Source: an uncultured Candidatus Rokubacteria bacterium
GTDB taxonomy: Bacteria > Methylomirabilota > Methylomirabilia > Rokubacteriales > CSP1-6
NCBI GenBank assembly: GCA_963762145.1
Contig: CAVXJS010000021.1
Coordinates: forward strand, 1,056,001-1,120,000
Direction: 5' to 3'
DNA: 64,000 bases
How positions within the stretch are numbered: the stretch's first letter is position 1; each line of letters starts with the position of its first letter. Shown here piece by piece: positions 30,247 through 41,245 of this stretch. The translations under genes and the position numbers were made by a program. The notes beneath the pieces were generated by a model that searched no databases, had not been told where the DNA came from, and worked only from the letters and a program-made list of their open reading frames with translations.

Positions 30247-31788
30247 TCACCGCCGGCTGAATGCCAGCCAGGCGCCGAACAGGCGCTTGACCAGCGGGGT
30301 GAGCCGGGTGCGGTTGTAGGCGTCGCCCAGCTTGCGGATGGCCTCGACCTGCGTGGGATAGCTGTGGATGACGTTGGCGATCCGGCCAAGCCCGATGCCG
30401 TGGGCGATGGCCATGGTCAGCTCCGGCAACATCTCGCCGGCGTGCCGCGCCACGACGGTGGCGCCGAGAATCTTGTCGGTGCCCGCCCGCACGTGCACCT
30501 TGACGAAGCCCAGGGTGTCGCCGTCGATCGCCGCGCGATCCACGTCCTTGAACTCCTGGACGAACGTCCGAACGGCGATGCCCCGTGCAGCGGCGTCCCG
30601 CTCGTAGAGGCCGACGTGAGCGATCTCGGGGTCCGTGTACGTGCACCACGGCATGGTGAGCGCGCTCGCCCGCGCGCGACCGAAGAAGAGCGCGTTCTGG
30701 ATCACGATCCGCGCCTGGAAATCCGAGTTGTGCGTGAACTTGTGCCCGGGTACGACGTCGCCGGCGGCGTAGATACTCGAGTTGGTGGTCCGCAGTCGGT
30801 CGTCGACGGCCACGCCGAGCCGCGGGTCATAGGCCACCCCGACGCGCTCGAGGTCGAGACCCTCCACGTTGGGAGTGCGCCCCACGCCAACCAGGATCTG
30901 GTCCACCGCGAGCCGTTCGGCGCCGCCGCCCTGCGTGAAGAAGATGATCCGGTCGGCGCCGCTCCGCTCCACGCGCTCGATCTTCGCGCCCAGGCGCAAG
31001 TGGACGCCGTCGCGGATCATCGCCCGCTCGACGCGCTCCGCGGCGTCGCGGTCCTCGCGCGTGAGGATCTGGCCCTCAGCTTGGAGCAGCGACACCTCGG
31101 CGCCGAATCGGGCGAACGCCTGGGCCAGCTCGCAGCCGATGGGGCCCGCGCCGATCACGGCGAGCCGGCGCGGCAATTCGGTCAAGGTGAACACGGTCTC
31201 GTTCGTGAGATACCCAGCCTCGACGAGTCCCGGGATGGGCGGCGCCGCCGCGCGGGCGCCAGTGGCGATCACCGCCCGGCGGAAGCGAAGTGTGCGGCCC
31301 GCGACCTCGACGGCATCGGGCGCCGCAAAACGGGCGGCGCCGAAGAACACGTCCACTCCGAGATCCCGGAAGCGCGCGGCCGCGTCGGTCCGACTGAGCT
31401 CCGTGCGCAGCCGGCGCATGCGCTCCATGACCACCGCGAAGTCCACGGTGACACCGGGCGGCACGCGAACACCGTATTCCCCTGCCCCGTTCACGTCGGC
31501 GACGGCGCGCGCCGCGCGGATCAATCCCTTCGACGGCACGCAGCCGACGTTGAGGCAGTCACCACCCATCAGCTCGCGCTCGACGAGGGCGACGCGCGCT
31601 CCGAGTCCGGCCGCACCCGCCGCGGTCACTAGCCCGGCCGTCCCCGCACCGATCACCACGAGGTTGTACCGCCCCGCCGGCTCCGGATTGTGCCAGCCGT
31701 CGGGGTGCACGTTCGCCACGAGCGCCTGATTGTGGCGATCCCAGGGCTCGATGAGGATCGGTTCGGGGCGCTCGCCGCTCACGGCCAT
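30247..31788 (-). CDS. FAD-dependent disulfide oxidoreductase (mercuric reductase-like, lacking the C-terminal CC)
   Basis: GAGTAG, GGDCLNVGCVPSK, GAGPIGCE and HSYPT. Confidence 0.9.
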   Translation of the reverse strand: MAVSGERPEPILIEPWDRHNQALVANVHPDGWHNPEPAGRYNLVVIGAGTAGLVTAAGAAGLGARVALVERELMGGDCLNVGCVPSKGLIRAARAVADVNGAGEYGVRVPPGVTVDFAVVMERMRRLRTELSRTDAAARFRDLGVDVFFGAARFAAPDAVEVAGRTLRFRRAVIATGARAAAPPIPGLVEAGYLTNETVFTLTELPRRLAVIGAGPIGCELAQAFARFGAEVSLLQAEGQILTREDRDAAERVERAMIRDGVHLRLGAKIERVERSGADRIIFFTQGGGAERLAVDQILVGVGRTPNVEGLDLERVGVAYDPRLGVAVDDRLRTTNSSIYAAGDVVPGHKFTHNSDFQARIVIQNALFFGRARASALTMPWCTYTDPEIAHVGLYERDAAARGIAVRTFVQEFKDVDRAAIDGDTLGFVKVHVRAGTDKILGATVVARHAGEMLPELTMAIAHGIGLGRIANVIHSYPTQVEAIRKLGDAYNRTRLTPLVKRLFGAWLAFSRR

Positions 31789-31792
31789 GCGC

Positions 31793-32518
31793 TCATCCGA
31801 GCTGAGCGCGCCGGGCGAGGGCCCGCCGCGCCAGTCGCGTCACGTACACGGTGACGCCGATCGTCGCGGCCAGCCCGACCGCGTAGAGCGCCCATTCGGC
31901 CGGCGTGCGGCTCGTGCCGCCGCCGGCGCCGGCCAGGCTGCCCGCGACCGAGCCCAGGTAGACATACATCACGGTGCCCGGCATCATCCCGATCCACGAC
32001 GCAATCACGTAGTGCGAGAGCGACACGCGTGTGAGCCCGAACGCGTAGTTGAGCAGGTTGAAGGGGAAGACCGGCGAGAGGCGGGTGAGTCCCACGATCT
32101 TCCAGCCCTCGCGGGCCACCGCCTCGTCGATCGCCTTGAACTTGGGATTGCCCTCGATCTTGCCGGCCACCCAGTCACGCGCCACGTAGCGACCCACCAG
32201 GAACGCGGCAGTAGCGCCGAGGGTCGCGCTGATGGACACGATGACCGCGCCGCGAGCCAGGCCGAACACGACGCCGGCGCCCAGGGTCAGGATCGATCCC
32301 GGCAGAAAGAGGACCGTGGCCGCGACGTAGAGCAGGACGAACAGCACCGGGCCCCATGCGCCGAGCCGCGCGATGGCTTCGAGCCCGGTCCGTAGCAAGT
32401 TGGGCGCATCGAAGTAGCGCGCGGCCAGCAGTGCGGCCACGATGGCGAGCGCCCATAACACGAGAGCTCCGCGGGAACGGCCGCGCGACACGCTCAAGAG
32501 CGTAGGCAACTTCAACAC
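31793..32518 (-). CDS. TVP38/TMEM64 (DedA superfamily) membrane protein
   Basis: FLPGSILTLGAG, RLSPVFPFNLLNY and GMMPGT. Confidence 0.92.
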   Translation of the reverse strand: MLKLPTLLSVSRGRSRGALVLWALAIVAALLAARYFDAPNLLRTGLEAIARLGAWGPVLFVLLYVAATVLFLPGSILTLGAGVVFGLARGAVIVSISATLGATAAFLVGRYVARDWVAGKIEGNPKFKAIDEAVAREGWKIVGLTRLSPVFPFNLLNYAFGLTRVSLSHYVIASWIGMMPGTVMYVYLGSVAGSLAGAGGGTSRTPAEWALYAVGLAATIGVTVYVTRLARRALARRAQLG

Positions 32519-32871
32519 CCTCCCGCGGCGATCGCTTCATTCGTGGGCCCTGTCGCCGTGAACCTGAGCGGCCAGACGCGGACACTCGCTGCTCAGAAGC
32601 CCGATGCGCAGCGCACGGTGCCGCCATCTCGCGGGACGGGAGAGCCGGCCCGGCTGAGCGGCATGCTATGCCGGTACACCGCCAGCGTCAACCTAGCCGG
32701 CCTAGGGACAGGCCGCGCAGCGCTGAGAAGACGCCAGCGGGGTCTAGACCGGGCAAGTGCCAAGGAACCGTCTTTGAGGAAATGCGCGGGTGAAGGGCCT
32801 AGTGCAGAAAGGCAGCAGCCTAAGTCGGACCTAACGGATGCCAAGATCGCAAGCAACCCTTGCTGTTACTG

Positions 32872-33333
32872 CTACCGCTGACTCGTGATCCTCCGCCCTC
32901 TGCCAATCAAGCAGGCCTTCAGGATCTTGTTGGCCTCCGGATCGTCCCCCGTCCATCGAAACGTGCCGTCAGGGTCTATCTCCGTAATGCTGGCGCCCCA
33001 ATAACCCGATTGTTCGCGGCATGCTTCAAAGTCCGCTCTAATCTGCACCAGTTGTTCCGGCGTTGGGCGAGGCTGCAGAGTAGATGCGGATTGAGTGGTG
33101 TACCCCCTGCGCTGCATGCACGCGACGTACTTATCGCGCTCCGCTGCACTCCATGCCGAGAAGACATCCATCGTTATTGTCCGTATGGGGCCGTGAACCT
33201 CATGATCGCAGTCCTTGGCGTCGACCATCTGTTGATCGGCCGTCTGCCCCCTGGTCGGGCTGAGAGCCGGTGGATAGCTGATGCAGCCGGCAAGCACCAG
33301 CGCCAGCGTAAGTGTTATCCAAGGGGGCTTCAT
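32872..33333 (-). CDS. Hypothetical lipoprotein with Cys pairs, on an AT-richer patch
   Basis: LAGC lipobox, DAKDC...ACMQRRGY and ACREQ...ACLIGRG; RBS GGAAGG. Confidence 0.65.
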   Translation of the reverse strand: MKPPWITLTLALVLAGCISYPPALSPTRGQTADQQMVDAKDCDHEVHGPIRTITMDVFSAWSAAERDKYVACMQRRGYTTQSASTLQPRPTPEQLVQIRADFEACREQSGYWGASITEIDPDGTFRWTGDDPEANKILKACLIGRGRRITSQR

Positions 33334-33571
33334 GCACCCTTCCTCCTTCCTTTCGGCCAGGAAAACACGGGGGCCTCTAAATCCTTCATTAGGCAAAGCC
33401 TGTGCCGATCAGTTAAAGCAGGATTCTTGCGTACTGGAAGGCCGAGCGCTGACCGCAACTGGGAAGGAACTACCGTATCTGTTGTACCGTTTCTCCCGTA
33501 CTTTCAGTCCGAACTTCATAAGGCCGGCTCGCGTCACACACCTTCTTTGAGCTTCGAATGGTGACGCTGAG

Positions 33572-35224
33572 CTAGCCACCGACATCGCGGCTGAATAGCA
33601 AAGATCCTGACGCCTCGGGCATCCGATCGATGACATAGATACGGCCCGAGGGCGCGAGAATCCGCCGGTAGGCTACCTCGTGTAGCACCCGGGCCCCAGC
33701 GGGAGCGCGGTTGACGATGCCGTAGCGTAGCGTCCCATGTCCGGTGAGCCAGGACACCATGACGTTGCCATCCGGCGCGCGAGCGGCATGCTCGGGATGC
33801 GCGTACTGCAGCCACCCGTTGACCACGTATCCGCCGTCAAGCTCTCGCTCTTCGATCCCCGCTCGTCGAGCCCAGGCCACCGCATCCCAGAGCGCATGGC
33901 TGTACTGCAGATGATCCCAGGTGCCCACACCGCTGATGATGGCGAGCATTGCCACGCCCGCCAAGACAAGGCGCGGCCGTTGGATCCCCACCGTGCCCAG
34001 TCGGAGCGCGGTCACGAGCACAACGAGAGGCAGCACGTAACGGTCGTAGAACAGGAACAGCGCCGTGGCCAGCACGAAATAGCCCAGCGCGCCCCATGCG
34101 AGGCTTCTGGCTTCGCCGGCCGGCCTTCGTCGCACAAGTGGCGCCAGCGCCAGGGCCACCAGGACGGTGGCCACGACCGTCGCCCCGAGGGGCCACCCGG
34201 GCGGCGGGGTGGGCGGCGTCGCCAGCGGAACGAGCGCCTCCGTCGCCCCCAGCTCCCGCAGACTCCAGATGAACTCCGGATCGAGCGGGGCCCGAACCCT
34301 GTCGCCGAGGAGAAGCCCGGCTGAGAGGGCTGCGGCGACCAGCAGCGCGCCCGGAAGCGCCGCGCGCACGTTCCGGCGAGTGAGGCTGCCGAGCGCCAAC
34401 GGCGCCAGCGCGGCGCCGAGCGTCCCGATCACGACCGTGAGATTCATGACGAGCCACCTGGGCATCTCTTCGAGGGCGACCCTCACGTTCACCCTCACGT
34501 TCGCCATCCTCCATGGCCACGAGCCCTCAATCCAGGTCAGGTCCGCGCGGTGCGCCGTGAGTTCCTGGCGGGTGAGCATCAGGAGTGCCGCGACGACGAC
34601 GGGCGCAGCCGCAAGGGCGAGGCGCTGGATCCGGGGGTCCCATCCGATCGAGGGGAGCCGCGACGCCAGGAGGAGGACCCCGGAAACGAAGACTCCCACC
34701 GGCCGGATGGCGACCGCGACGCAGGCGAACAGGAGCGCGGCGGCGAGGGCGCGGGCCGAGTCTCGATTAATAGCCCGGACGAGGGCGGCGAAGAACCAGA
34801 TCACCATCGTGACAAAGGGGACGTCCGTCATGAAGGAGAAGGACAGGATGAAGAAGACGGGATAGAAGCACACGAGCGCGACGCCCATGAGGGTGTCGCG
34901 GCGGCTCGCGCCGAGCTCGCGGAGCAGGGTGTGGAGGCCGATGAGCGCCAGCAACGAGGCCACCCAGGTGGAGAGCCGCAGGGCCGTGAACGAGAAACCG
35001 AACGGGACGCAGAAGAGAGCCCCCCAGAGCACCTGCGCCACGTTCAGGCTCACCGACCAGTCCAGGATCTTGAGCTCCCCGGTGCGAAGCAGGTGCTCGA
35101 CCGACCAGGCGTACGCCCAGTCGTCGATGAAGGGCGCGTTCTGCAGCGGCCGCAGCGCGACGAGGGGCCCCGCCGACATCAGTATGATCAGGCCCAGGTC
35201 CGAGAGCTGCTCCCGCCGCTCCAA
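33572..35224 (-). CDS. GT-C fold membrane glycosyltransferase (family 39-like)
   Basis: DDWAY first loop, FMTDVPF, FYDRYVLP and many TM helices. Confidence 0.8.
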   Translation of the reverse strand: MERREQLSDLGLIILMSAGPLVALRPLQNAPFIDDWAYAWSVEHLLRTGELKILDWSVSLNVAQVLWGALFCVPFGFSFTALRLSTWVASLLALIGLHTLLRELGASRRDTLMGVALVCFYPVFFILSFSFMTDVPFVTMVIWFFAALVRAINRDSARALAAALLFACVAVAIRPVGVFVSGVLLLASRLPSIGWDPRIQRLALAAAPVVVAALLMLTRQELTAHRADLTWIEGSWPWRMANVRVNVRVALEEMPRWLVMNLTVVIGTLGAALAPLALGSLTRRNVRAALPGALLVAAALSAGLLLGDRVRAPLDPEFIWSLRELGATEALVPLATPPTPPPGWPLGATVVATVLVALALAPLVRRRPAGEARSLAWGALGYFVLATALFLFYDRYVLPLVVLVTALRLGTVGIQRPRLVLAGVAMLAIISGVGTWDHLQYSHALWDAVAWARRAGIEERELDGGYVVNGWLQYAHPEHAARAPDGNVMVSWLTGHGTLRYGIVNRAPAGARVLHEVAYRRILAPSGRIYVIDRMPEASGSLLFSRDVGG

Positions 35225-35549
35225 GTCTCTTGCGCCCCTAGCCTAGATCGCGCGCAGGGTTCTTGGATCACACGCGGTGCCGCAAAGACTCTTCGAAGAT
35301 CCGGCACGTCGCCGCCCCGTGTCCACCGTATCTTCACGAAGGAGGACGCGACATGGCGCGTAGTTGCCCTTCACAACACGATGCTGAGCCCCGGGGTGAG
35401 ACGCTGCGCATCGACAGGGCGATCGAGGTCGACTATGTGCAGGATGGCATCCTGTAATACGTGCAGAAGCAGCTTCTCGCTGCCTGGCCCCCCACACCAG
35501 CCGAAGGAGACAGGGCATGATCAAGGTCAACGTCCGCCTCGTCGTCGAT

Positions 35550-36533
35550 TCACTCGATCACCTGGTCCGCGCGCTGGAGGAGCGACGGCGGGATCGTCAG
35601 TCCGAGCGCCTTGGCGGTCTTCTGATTGATGACGAGATCGAACTTGGTGGGCTGCTCGATCGGAAGGTCACCGGGTTTGGCACCCTTGAGGATACGGTCC
35701 ACGTAGGCGGCGCCCCGTCGATACAATTCGTAGAAGTTAGGGCCGTAGGCCAGCAGGCCCCCGGCATCCGCGTACTCCCTGACCCCGCTCACGGACGGCA
35801 GACGGCCCTTTGCGGCGAGCGTGGCGATCCGGGTACGCTCGGCGATGAACAGCGGGTCGCCAAGGACAGCCAGCGCTTCGGCTCGCTCTCGCGTCATCAA
35901 CTGGAAGGCCTTGTCGATCCCTCTGGCATCGCTCGCCGCGATAGTTTGCGCCTGGAGCCCCAAGCGACGGCTCGCCGCCTCCGCCTCCTTCACCATCTGA
36001 GTCTGGAAGGTCGCGTTGGCCGGGTTCCAGAGAATTGACACCCGCCGCCGCTCGGGAGCGACCTCCTTGAGGATCTCAAGCGATTTGCCCATGACCTCGA
36101 CAGAGACGGATGAATTGCCAGTGACGTTCCCACCAGGTCGGGCAAGACTAGGAACAAGCCCCGCTCCGATAGGATCCCCGACCCCAACCATAACGATTGG
36201 AATCGTATTCGTAGCATTCTTGGCAGCCAGCGATGCCTGCGTGACGAGCGCCACAATTACGGCCGGCTTGAGCTTCGCCAGCTCCGCCGCGAGCTCGGGG
36301 AGCCGCTCGAATCTGCCTTCCGCCCAGCGGTACTCAATGGCGATGTTCTGTCCCTCGACATAGCCATGCTCGCGCAATCCCTGTCGTAAGCCCTCCAATT
36401 GCGGCAGATCCTCGGCCCTCGTAGAGCCGAGAATGGCCATCTGGGCGACCTTCCCCACTTGCTGCGCCTCGGCGGCGAGCGGCGCGGCGAGGAGACTGCC
36501 AGTGACCATCGTAAGGAATGTTCTGCGATTCAT
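35550..36533 (-). CDS. Orphan ABC transporter substrate-binding protein (ABC_sub_bind family)
   Basis: MNRRTFL, EYRWAEGRFERLPELAAEL, SLARPGGNVTG and RADQVIE*. Confidence 0.92.
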   Translation of the reverse strand: MNRRTFLTMVTGSLLAAPLAAEAQQVGKVAQMAILGSTRAEDLPQLEGLRQGLREHGYVEGQNIAIEYRWAEGRFERLPELAAELAKLKPAVIVALVTQASLAAKNATNTIPIVMVGVGDPIGAGLVPSLARPGGNVTGNSSVSVEVMGKSLEILKEVAPERRRVSILWNPANATFQTQMVKEAEAASRRLGLQAQTIAASDARGIDKAFQLMTRERAEALAVLGDPLFIAERTRIATLAAKGRLPSVSGVREYADAGGLLAYGPNFYELYRRGAAYVDRILKGAKPGDLPIEQPTKFDLVINQKTAKALGLTIPPSLLQRADQVIE

Positions 36534-37432
36534 CAGCAGGCGTTTCTGGCAGTTGCATGGAGGGTTCGAACAAACCGCGAGTTCTGGCAAGTGCCCCGGG
36601 CGGGATCTTGGCAGCGATCGCCAGATGCTCTGGCAGTAGGTCTCGATGGGCCCCGGTGAGTGACTCCCGAGAACCTCTAGGACGCGTGCCTCCTGAGCGC
36701 GGGAGAGCATGGCGGGCGCTATCGTAGCCGACCGGCATCACGGGGGCCAGTGGCGCCCCGCTCTCTACCCGGATGCCGTGCTCTCGGCCTCGGCCTGCTT
36801 CAGCCAGAACTGCATGTCCAACTGGCTCTGCCCGTGCCTTGGAATCGGAATGTCATTCGCGTCCCGGATAGGGAAGGTCATTGTCCCCTGCTCGGAAGGG
36901 GAACTGGGACACGTCATCTCTTTCTCGATGACCACCTGGCATGGATTCTTCCCGGAAGTCATCGCGGAAATCGTGCCCGAACAAGAAGGCGCACCTAGGT
37001 ACACACATGGTGGCGAATCCCTCAACGAGGATCGGCCTAAAAAACCTTCTGTGCTGGAATGCGCTGGAGTGTGCCTGAGTTAGGCACAGGTTGGGCACGA
37101 ACTTGAGTAGAGTCCGAGTCAACAATCGCGCACAGGATCTATAAGCTGCCCACCCACCCTGTATGGAGACCCTATCAGGACGGAGCTTGAGTTCTCAGGA
37201 AGGTCAATACACAGGGACGCCCAAAACGCCCTCGCCTGCCCCTTCTATTTCACAGGGTTCCACGACAATAAACCGTGACGCCCCGGTGATCCGCTCTGAC
37301 CAGGCTTGGAGAGCGGGTAGACCACGAGTCCCGGCCGACCAAGAGCCAAACCGGCCGTGAGCGGGCCCGTACCTACCGAGCCAGGTTGCCTCGCCCGCCA
37401 ACCGCTCACTCCGAGCGTGTATCCTGGAGGAG

Positions 37433-38497
37433 ATGATTCCGCTCTCGGTCCTGGATCTCTCTCCCATCGTCCAAGGCGGCACGCCGGCACTGGCCTTCCG
37501 CCACACGCTGGAGCTGGCGCAGCACGCAGAGCGGCTGGGCTACACGCGGTTCTGGCTGGCCGAGCACCACAACATGCCCGGCATCGGCAGCGCGGCCACG
37601 GCCGTGCTGATTGGTCACGTGGGGGCTGGTACATCTCGCATCCGGATTGGGGCCGGGGGGATCATGCTGCCGAACCACGCGCCCCTGCAGGTGGCCGAAC
37701 AGTTTGGCACGCTGGAGTCGCTGTTCCCCGGCCGCATCGATCTCGGCCTGGGTCGCGCTCCGGGCACGGACCGGTCCGCCGCGATGGCCCTTCGGCGCAC
37801 GTTGAACGCCGATCCCGACAACTTCCCCAATGACGTGCTCGAGGTGATGGAGTTCCTGGCCGACCCTCAACCCCGTCAGCCCGTGCAGGCGGTGCCCGGC
37901 GCCGGCCTGCGGGTGCCCATCTGGATTCTCGGCTCCAGCACGTTTGGCGCGCAGGTGGCCGCGGCGCTGGGCCTGCCGTTCGCGTTCGCCTCGCACTTCG
38001 CGCCCGCCATGCTCTTCGACGCGATCGGCATCTATCGAGAGCGCTTCACGCCGTCCGCTCAGCTTTCTGCCCCGTACCTGATGCTGGGGGTCAATGTGGT
38101 GGCCGCGGCCACCGACGACGAGGCCCGATTCCTGGCGTCGTCTGGACGCCAGTCGTTCGCCAGCCTGCGATCCGGCCGCCCGATCCAATTGCCGCCGCCG
38201 TCGAAGGAGTGGGAGCGCGACCTGTCCGATCCCGGCGATCCGCTTCGGCGCTCGCGCGTGTCGTTCGTCGGCTCGCCGGGCACCGTGGCCGCGCAGATGC
38301 GCGATTTCGTGGAACGCACCCAGGCCGACGAGCTGATGGTGGTATCGCACATCCACGATCAGTCAGCGCGCCTCCGGTCGTACGAGATCGCGGCGGCGAC
38401 AATGACCGAGCCGAGCGTCCGTCCGCGGCGGCGAAGCTCGTACGCCCGCAATGTGACAAGACGACGACAGAGCTGCTGTTGCCCTGCATTCGCCTAG
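37433..38497 (+). CDS. Luciferase-like monooxygenase (YhbW/MsnO8-like)
   Basis: [23 protein letters not shown] and DLGLGRAPG. Confidence 0.92.
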   Translation: MIPLSVLDLSPIVQGGTPALAFRHTLELAQHAERLGYTRFWLAEHHNMPGIGSAATAVLIGHVGAGTSRIRIGAGGIMLPNHAPLQVAEQFGTLESLFPGRIDLGLGRAPGTDRSAAMALRRTLNADPDNFPNDVLEVMEFLADPQPRQPVQAVPGAGLRVPIWILGSSTFGAQVAAALGLPFAFASHFAPAMLFDAIGIYRERFTPSAQLSAPYLMLGVNVVAAATDDEARFLASSGRQSFASLRSGRPIQLPPPSKEWERDLSDPGDPLRRSRVSFVGSPGTVAAQMRDFVERTQADELMVVSHIHDQSARLRSYEIAAATMTEPSVRPRRRSSYARNVTRRRQSCCCPAFA

Positions 38498-38510
38498 TCT
38501 AAACTGGCGC

Positions 38511-39335
38511 ATGGCTTCTACCGTCCGCATCGGCGACCTGACCGTCAACCGCCTCGGCTTCGGCGCGATGCGCGTATGCGGCACCAACATCTGGGGACCG
38601 CCGAAGAATCGTGCCGCCGCGCACGCCGTACTGCGCAAGGCATACGACCTGGGCCTCAATTTCTTCGACACCGCCGACAGCTACGGCCCCGACGTGGACG
38701 AAGAGCTCATCGCCGAAGCGCTCCATCCATACCCGAAGGATCTGGTGATCGCTACGAAGGGTGGACTGTTGCGGCCACGCCCGGGCGCCTGGGATCCGGA
38801 TGGCAGGCCCGAGCACCTCAAGCGCGCCATCGACGGCAGCCTCAAGCGCCTGAAGCTTGAGCGCATCGACCTCTACCAGTTGCACGCGCCGGACCCGAAG
38901 GTCCCGTTCGCGGACTCGGTCGGCGCCCTGGCCGACGGGCAGCGCGCCGGCAAGATCCGCCACGTCGGTCTGTCCAATATCAGCGTCAGGCAACTGGAAG
39001 AAGCGCGCCGCATCTGCGCCATCGTGTCGGTGCAGAACGAGTACAACCTCGAGAACCGCTCTTCGGAGAAGGTCCTCAAGGCATGCGAAAAACTGGGTAT
39101 CGCGTTTCTGCCGTGGTACCCGCTGGGCGCGGGTGCGGCTCTGAAATCTCCGAAGGTCAAATCCCTGGCGAAAACACACCGCGCCCGGCCTGCCCAGATC
39201 GCGCTTGCCTGGCTCCTGGCGAAATCGCCGGTGATGCTCCCGATTCCCGGCACCGCCGATCTCGAACACCTTGAAGAGAATGCGGGCGCAGCGGAGCTGA
39301 TGCTGTCGCCGGCCGACATGAGAGAATTGAATTAG
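38511..39335 (+). CDS. Aldo/keto reductase
   Basis: LGFGAMR, FDTADSYG, IDLYQLH and IPGT. Confidence 0.93.
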   Translation: MASTVRIGDLTVNRLGFGAMRVCGTNIWGPPKNRAAAHAVLRKAYDLGLNFFDTADSYGPDVDEELIAEALHPYPKDLVIATKGGLLRPRPGAWDPDGRPEHLKRAIDGSLKRLKLERIDLYQLHAPDPKVPFADSVGALADGQRAGKIRHVGLSNISVRQLEEARRICAIVSVQNEYNLENRSSEKVLKACEKLGIAFLPWYPLGAGAALKSPKVKSLAKTHRARPAQIALAWLLAKSPVMLPIPGTADLEHLEENAGAAELMLSPADMRELN

Positions 39336-39382
39336 GCCGCAACCCCTCATCAGCGAGTGTATCGCGCGGCCACGATCGCGAT

Positions 39383-39466
39383 TCTCGTGAGGAACACATC
39401 GATATTGAGGTGAGCCAATTCGGTGGCAAGAGTGGACAGCCGCTCAACTCTTCCCTCAGCTGATCT
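39383..39466 (-). pseudogene. Internal relic of an ABC_sub_bind gene
   Basis: RSAEGRVERLSTLATELAHLNIDVFLTR aligns by eye with RWAEGRFERLPELAAELAKL in the 35550 gene. Confidence 0.65.
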
Positions 39467-39468
39467 GC

Positions 39469-40017
39469 CTACTTCCCTCGCGACGGATACACGATGATGA
39501 AGTTCGACTGGTTGGGCATCTTCACCCTGGGTAACGTCTGCGCGTTCATCTCGTCGTTCTCCCCGATGATTCCGTTGAGACTGAGCAGGTACGCGGTGAC
39601 CGCATACACCTCGTTGTCGCTGAGCGAGTGCGGCTGGATGTAGGGCATCGAGCGGCGCACGTAATCGAAGACAGTCGTCGCGTACGGCCAGTAGCTGCCG
39701 ATCGTGCGAACCGGCGCCTTGCTCGCGAGCGTCCCCTGGCCGCCGACGAGCCGATCGTTCGGCTGCCCCACCCCCTTCGCGCCGTGACACACCTGGCACT
39801 TCTGCTCGTACACGGTTGCTCCCGTCGCCGGCGTGCCTTGGCCAGGCGGCAACCCCATGCCGTCAGGTCCCACGCTGATGTCCCAACCCGCGATCTGCGC
39901 CGGCGTCGCCTCGCGCCCGAGGTTCGGACTCTCCATCGCGCTTGGGGTCAAGCCCGTGCTCACACAGCCGCCGACCGCCAGCGCGAGTGCCACGCCGAAC
40001 AGATCACGCATAGACAT
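39469..40017 (-). CDS. soxD: Mono-haem cytochrome c, SoxD-like
   Basis: GLPPGQG, CQVCH and TIGSYWPYATTVFDYVRRSMP; overlaps the soxC stop. Confidence 0.85.
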   Translation of the reverse strand: MSMRDLFGVALALAVGGCVSTGLTPSAMESPNLGREATPAQIAGWDISVGPDGMGLPPGQGTPATGATVYEQKCQVCHGAKGVGQPNDRLVGGQGTLASKAPVRTIGSYWPYATTVFDYVRRSMPYIQPHSLSDNEVYAVTAYLLSLNGIIGENDEMNAQTLPRVKMPNQSNFIIVYPSRGK

Positions 40018-41245
40018 GCTTCACCTCGCCGTTCGCCGCGACGCCCCAGGCCTGGATGCCGTGGAAGTGGAAGATGGCGTTGGTGCCATGATCGGCGATG
40101 AACTTGTCGCGCTCTGGCTGCACCGCCCCGGTATCGTCGGTGGCGCGCGACTTGAGCAGGGTCGCGGTGCCGTCCCACTTCCACGGCAGCCGGAATCGCG
40201 TGAGCGCACGCGGCAGCACGGGCGCCACGAGCGGCGCCCCCGTCCACGTCCTGCCGCCGTCGGTCGACACCTCGACCTTCCTAATCGTTCCGTTGCCCGA
40301 CCACGCGAGCCCGGAGATCTGATGGAGCCCGGCGGCCCGAAGCGTCATCCCGTGCGAGGGACGGGTGATGACGGACTTGACCCCCATCGGGTACGTAAAC
40401 ATGAGCGACTTGCCGTCACTCTGGAGGTCGGTGTAGCGTGACGTCTCGTCCTTGGTCATGATCGGCGCGGACACGATCTTGAGGCGCCGGAGCCACTTCA
40501 CGCTCATGTTGCCTTCCCACCCGGGCAGGAACAGCCGCACGGGATAGCCATTCTCCGGCCGCAGCCGCTCACCGTTCTGGAACAGTGCGAGGATCGCATC
40601 GTCCATCGCCTTCGCGATCGGGACACTGCGACTCATGGCTGCGGAGTCCGCGCCTTCGGCGAGAATCCACTGCGCGTTGCGGTCGACACCGGCCTCCTCG
40701 AGCAGCACGCGCAGCGGCACCCCGGTCCACTCGCTGCAGGCGACGAGCCCGTGCGTCTCACCGGCAGTGAGATTCGGCGGCGCCGGCTGGTATAGGACCT
40801 GGCTGTTGCCAGAGCATTCGAGGAAGTGCACCCGGGAGATCAGTGGATACCGCAGGAGCGCATCCACGGTGAAGATCAGCGGACGCTTCACCATGCCGTG
40901 GATGAGGAGCCGATGCGTGTCCGGATCGATGTCGGGCACGCCGCTGTGGTGGCGTTCGAAATGCAGTCCGCTGGGCGTGATCATCCCCTCGAGCGACTCG
41001 AGCGGCGTGCGTGAGGCGCCGCTACCCGTCGTGCCGGGCTGCGAACGAATCAGCGTACGTGTCACCTTGCGTTCGTACTTGGCGGGGTTGCCATACTCGC
41101 TCATTCCGGCGCCGGGGACCTTCATCGACGGTGGGACTTCCGGCGGCTCGAGCGCTTCGGCGTGTTTTCCTCGGCCGGCCACTAGACCAGTCGCTGCAAG
41201 TAAGCCGAGCCCCTGTTTGATGAAACTGCGCTTGGATTGGTTCAT
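40004..41245 (-). CDS. soxC: Molybdopterin sulfite/sulfane dehydrogenase SoxC
   Basis: Tat-like KRSFIK leader, ITPSGLHFERHH, FLECSGN and QNGERLRPENGYP. Confidence 0.9.
   Translation of the reverse strand: MNQSKRSFIKQGLGLLAATGLVAGRGKHAEALEPPEVPPSMKVPGAGMSEYGNPAKYERKVTRTLIRSQPGTTGSGASRTPLESLEGMITPSGLHFERHHSGVPDIDPDTHRLLIHGMVKRPLIFTVDALLRYPLISRVHFLECSGNSQVLYQPAPPNLTAGETHGLVACSEWTGVPLRVLLEEAGVDRNAQWILAEGADSAAMSRSVPIAKAMDDAILALFQNGERLRPENGYPVRLFLPGWEGNMSVKWLRRLKIVSAPIMTKDETSRYTDLQSDGKSLMFTYPMGVKSVITRPSHGMTLRAAGLHQISGLAWSGNGTIRKVEVSTDGGRTWTGAPLVAPVLPRALTRFRLPWKWDGTATLLKSRATDDTGAVQPERDKFIADHGTNAIFHFHGIQAWGVAANGEVKHVYA

Noticed and set aside
30247-31788. True mercuric reductase (merA) or mer operon
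   Set aside because: There is no C-terminal Cys-Cys, no NmerA domain and no merR/T/P; the pairing with TVP38 is a common, different arrangement.
35321-35400. NTF2/SnoaL-like C-terminal fragment (IFTKEDATWRVVALHNT)
   Set aside because: A plausible relic, but too short to call.
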